Origin: a virus
Taxonomy: Duplodnaviria; Heunggongvirae; Uroviricota; Caudoviricetes
Strand: one strand, 5' to 3'
Length of the DNA stretch: 7,600 nt
Virus record (IMG/VR): IMGVR_UViG_2529293138_000010
Span: 1 to 7,600 of that record
This document shows positions 6,451 through 7,600 of the stretch, piece after piece. The position numbers were made by a program, and so were the translations under genes. The notes under the pieces are model-generated. The model ran no database searches. It saw only the letters and a list, made by a program, of their open reading frames with translations, and was not told where the DNA came from. Every line of letters starts with the position of its first letter. Within the stretch, counting starts at the first letter, position 1.

Positions 6451-6869
6451 CAGCACAGATAGCGGCTTACGGACGGCTGGTGGCTGACCCGCAGTTAAAG
6501 ACCACCAGCAAGGGTACACAAATGACGATGGCGAGTATGGCGGTCCCCCTTCCGTGCAGCCAGGCAGATGACGGAGCGGCGACGATGTGGTTATCCGTCA
6601 TGGCGTTTGGCAGACAGGCCGACGCACTGGCAAAACACCACAAAGGCGAACTGGTGAGCGTGGCGGGTAACATGCAGGTAAGCCAGTGGACAGGCCAGAA
6701 CGGCGAAACGCGGCAGGGCTGGCAGGTTATCGCAGACAGCGTAATCAGTGCGAGAACGGCGCGACCTGGCGGCAAAAAAGGCCAGCAGGGGCAGGCTACT
6801 GACGCACTGAACAGGGCAAAACAACAGGCTGGTAACGATGATCCGTATGGGGATAACATACCGTTTTAA
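6447..6869 (+). CDS. ssb: Single-stranded DNA-binding protein (SSB, OB-fold)
   Basis: Aligns by eye with E. coli SSB: GRLVADPQL…, MWLSVMAFGRQADALAKHHKGELVSVAGNMQVSQWTGQNGETRQGWQVIADSV (W/FG/KG/W-x-D-x-G-x-R pattern). Gly/Gln-rich linker and C-terminal tail DDPYGDNIPF ending in IPF. GGAGAG SD 8 nt upstream. Confidence 0.8.
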   Translation: MTAQIAAYGRLVADPQLKTTSKGTQMTMASMAVPLPCSQADDGAATMWLSVMAFGRQADALAKHHKGELVSVAGNMQVSQWTGQNGETRQGWQVIADSVISARTARPGGKKGQQGQATDALNRAKQQAGNDDPYGDNIPF

Positions 6870-6883
6870 GCAACGAGTAACAG

Positions 6884-6907
6884 AAGCCGGAGAAGTCCGG
6901 CTTTTTT
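6884..6907 (+). terminator. Rho-independent terminator ending the replication operon
   Basis: Stem GCCGGA (6886-6891), loop GAAG, TCCGGC (6896-6901), followed by T6 (6902-6907). Confidence 0.75.
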
Positions 6908-6917
6908 ATGCCCCAAA

Positions 6918-6953
6918 AAGCCCGATAAGGTCAGAGGGTCTTATCGGGCTTTT
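6918..6953. terminator. Second hairpin, possible bidirectional terminator
   Basis: 12-bp perfect stem AAGCCCGATAAG (6918-6929) / CTTATCGGGCTT (6940-6951) with 10-nt loop; A-run upstream, T-run downstream. Confidence 0.5.
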
Positions 6954-7031
6954 GCATATGAGGTTTTTTTGGTGCGCTGACACACATGATCGGGATAATA
7001 ATTTCATAATTTGCAACATAACTCAATATTA

Positions 7032-7059
7032 TTGCACAAAATGCAATCCTGATTATAAT
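7032..7059 (+). promoter_or_regulatory. Predicted promoter of the capsid module
   Basis: -35 TTGCAC (7032-7037), 16-bp spacer, consensus -10 TATAAT (7054-7059), in an AT-rich region with repeated TTGCA motifs (7011, 7032, 7042). Confidence 0.45.
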
Positions 7060-7064
7060 CATGA

Positions 7065-7080
7065 CTGGATGAACATCCAG
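7065..7080. promoter_or_regulatory. Perfect inverted repeat CTGGATG-AA-CATCCAG over the predicted start site (candidate operator)
   Basis: 7-bp arms separated by 2 bp, beginning 6 bp after the -10. Confidence 0.3.
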
Positions 7081-7115
7081 TTATGATTTTTTAAGTCGAA
7101 GAGGAATTTCTTACT

Positions 7116-7322
7116 ATGGCTGAAGAGAAAAAAGGCGGTGTTTCGGTGTACATAAGCTCCGACATCGTGGAGGCGCTCAAGGAACGCCACCAGCAGAACG
7201 TAAAAGCAGGCATTGCGGCAGGACTTGATCCGCTGGCGATGGTTGAGCCGTCAACAGGCTGGCAGGTGCGCGCCTATTTACGTGCGGCGCTGGGCATGAA
7301 TCAGACTCATGGGGGTGAATAA
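7116..7322 (+). CDS. Hypothetical small protein (68 aa), first gene of the capsid module
   Basis: GAGGAA SD (7101-7106) 9 nt upstream of ATG; its stop overlaps the capsid gene start (TAATG). No family recognised. Confidence 0.6.
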   Translation: MAEEKKGGVSVYISSDIVEALKERHQQNVKAGIAAGLDPLAMVEPSTGWQVRAYLRAALGMNQTHGGE

Positions 7323-7600
7323 TGGCAGGCAAAGCAACGGCACTTACCACTAATCAGCTTTTCACGTACATGAATCGCGGGGATATTGCGGAATTTAAAT
7401 TCAGTCCGCTGTTTACCACGCTGTTTTTCACGAACGTGGCGACATTCAGCACCCAAAACATCATGCTGGATACCCTGGACATTGAAGAAGTCACTATGTC
7501 GGCGTTTTGTTCTCCTATGGTTGGCAGCCAGGTACAGCGCGATAAAGGGTACGAAACCAGCACAATCAAACCTGGCTACATGAAGCCAAAGCACGAAATC
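7322..7600 (+). CDS. Major capsid protein, lambda gpE-like family (N-terminal 93 codons; truncated by window end)
   Basis: Manual translation MAGKATALTTNQLFTYMNRGDIAEFKFSPLFTTLFFTNVATF…KPGYMKPKHEI matches the lambda gpE N-terminus (…EQKFKFDPLFLRLFF… …PGYVKPKHEV) as recalled from memory. Confidence 0.8.
   Translation, partial: MAGKATALTTNQLFTYMNRGDIAEFKFSPLFTTLFFTNVATFSTQNIMLDTLDIEEVTMSAFCSPMVGSQVQRDKGYETSTIKPGYMKPKHEI

Larger units (their letters stand above)
1..7600. mobile_element. Partial integrated phage satellite / PICI-like genomic island (integrase-proximal end; continues beyond window on the right)
   Basis: Gene content and order: P4-type integrase, AlpA-family regulator, divergent control region, replication ATPase followed by iteron-like repeats, SSB, then capsid gene. 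The att site or tRNA would lie upstream of base 1 and is not visible. Confidence 0.6.

Noticed and set aside
6080-6859. Minus-strand ORFs across the repeat array and ssb (6080..6277, 6162..6422, 6265..6519, 6467..6859, 6591..6824)
   Set aside because: Antisense to supported plus-strand genes or spanning the repeat array; Cys/Leu-rich junk-like translations.
6838-7086. 82-aa plus-strand ORF
   Set aside because: Runs through two terminator hairpins and the AT-rich promoter region; not plausible as coding.
7307-7594. ORFs overlapping the capsid gene (7307..7594 -, 7354..7569 -, 7386..7583 +)
   Set aside because: Overlap the gpE-like capsid reading frame, which has a clear family match.

Overview
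The window reads as the left ~7.6 kb of an integrated phage satellite or phage-inducible chromosomal island (PICI/P4-like), based on manual reading of the sequence and ORF track; no searches were run. In order: a P4-type tyrosine integrase starting at base 1; a small ORF with terminator; an AlpA-family regulator; a leftward micro-operon of three small, closely spaced ORFs (the first RHH-like) ending at minus-strand terminators; a palindrome-rich divergent control region with a near-consensus rightward promoter; a ~450 nt leader containing an intrinsic terminator; four small, tightly packed ORFs; a RecA-fold replication ATPase; an iteron-like repeat array (candidate ori); a small ORF and an SSB; a double terminator; and a separate promoter driving a 68-aa ORF plus a lambda gpE-like major capsid protein cut by the window end. 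No rRNA, tRNA or CRISPR array was seen. The most interesting candidates are the leftward micro-operon with its operator region, the terminator-containing leader, and the island carrying its own capsid gene. All functional assignments rest on motif recognition and remain hypotheses.
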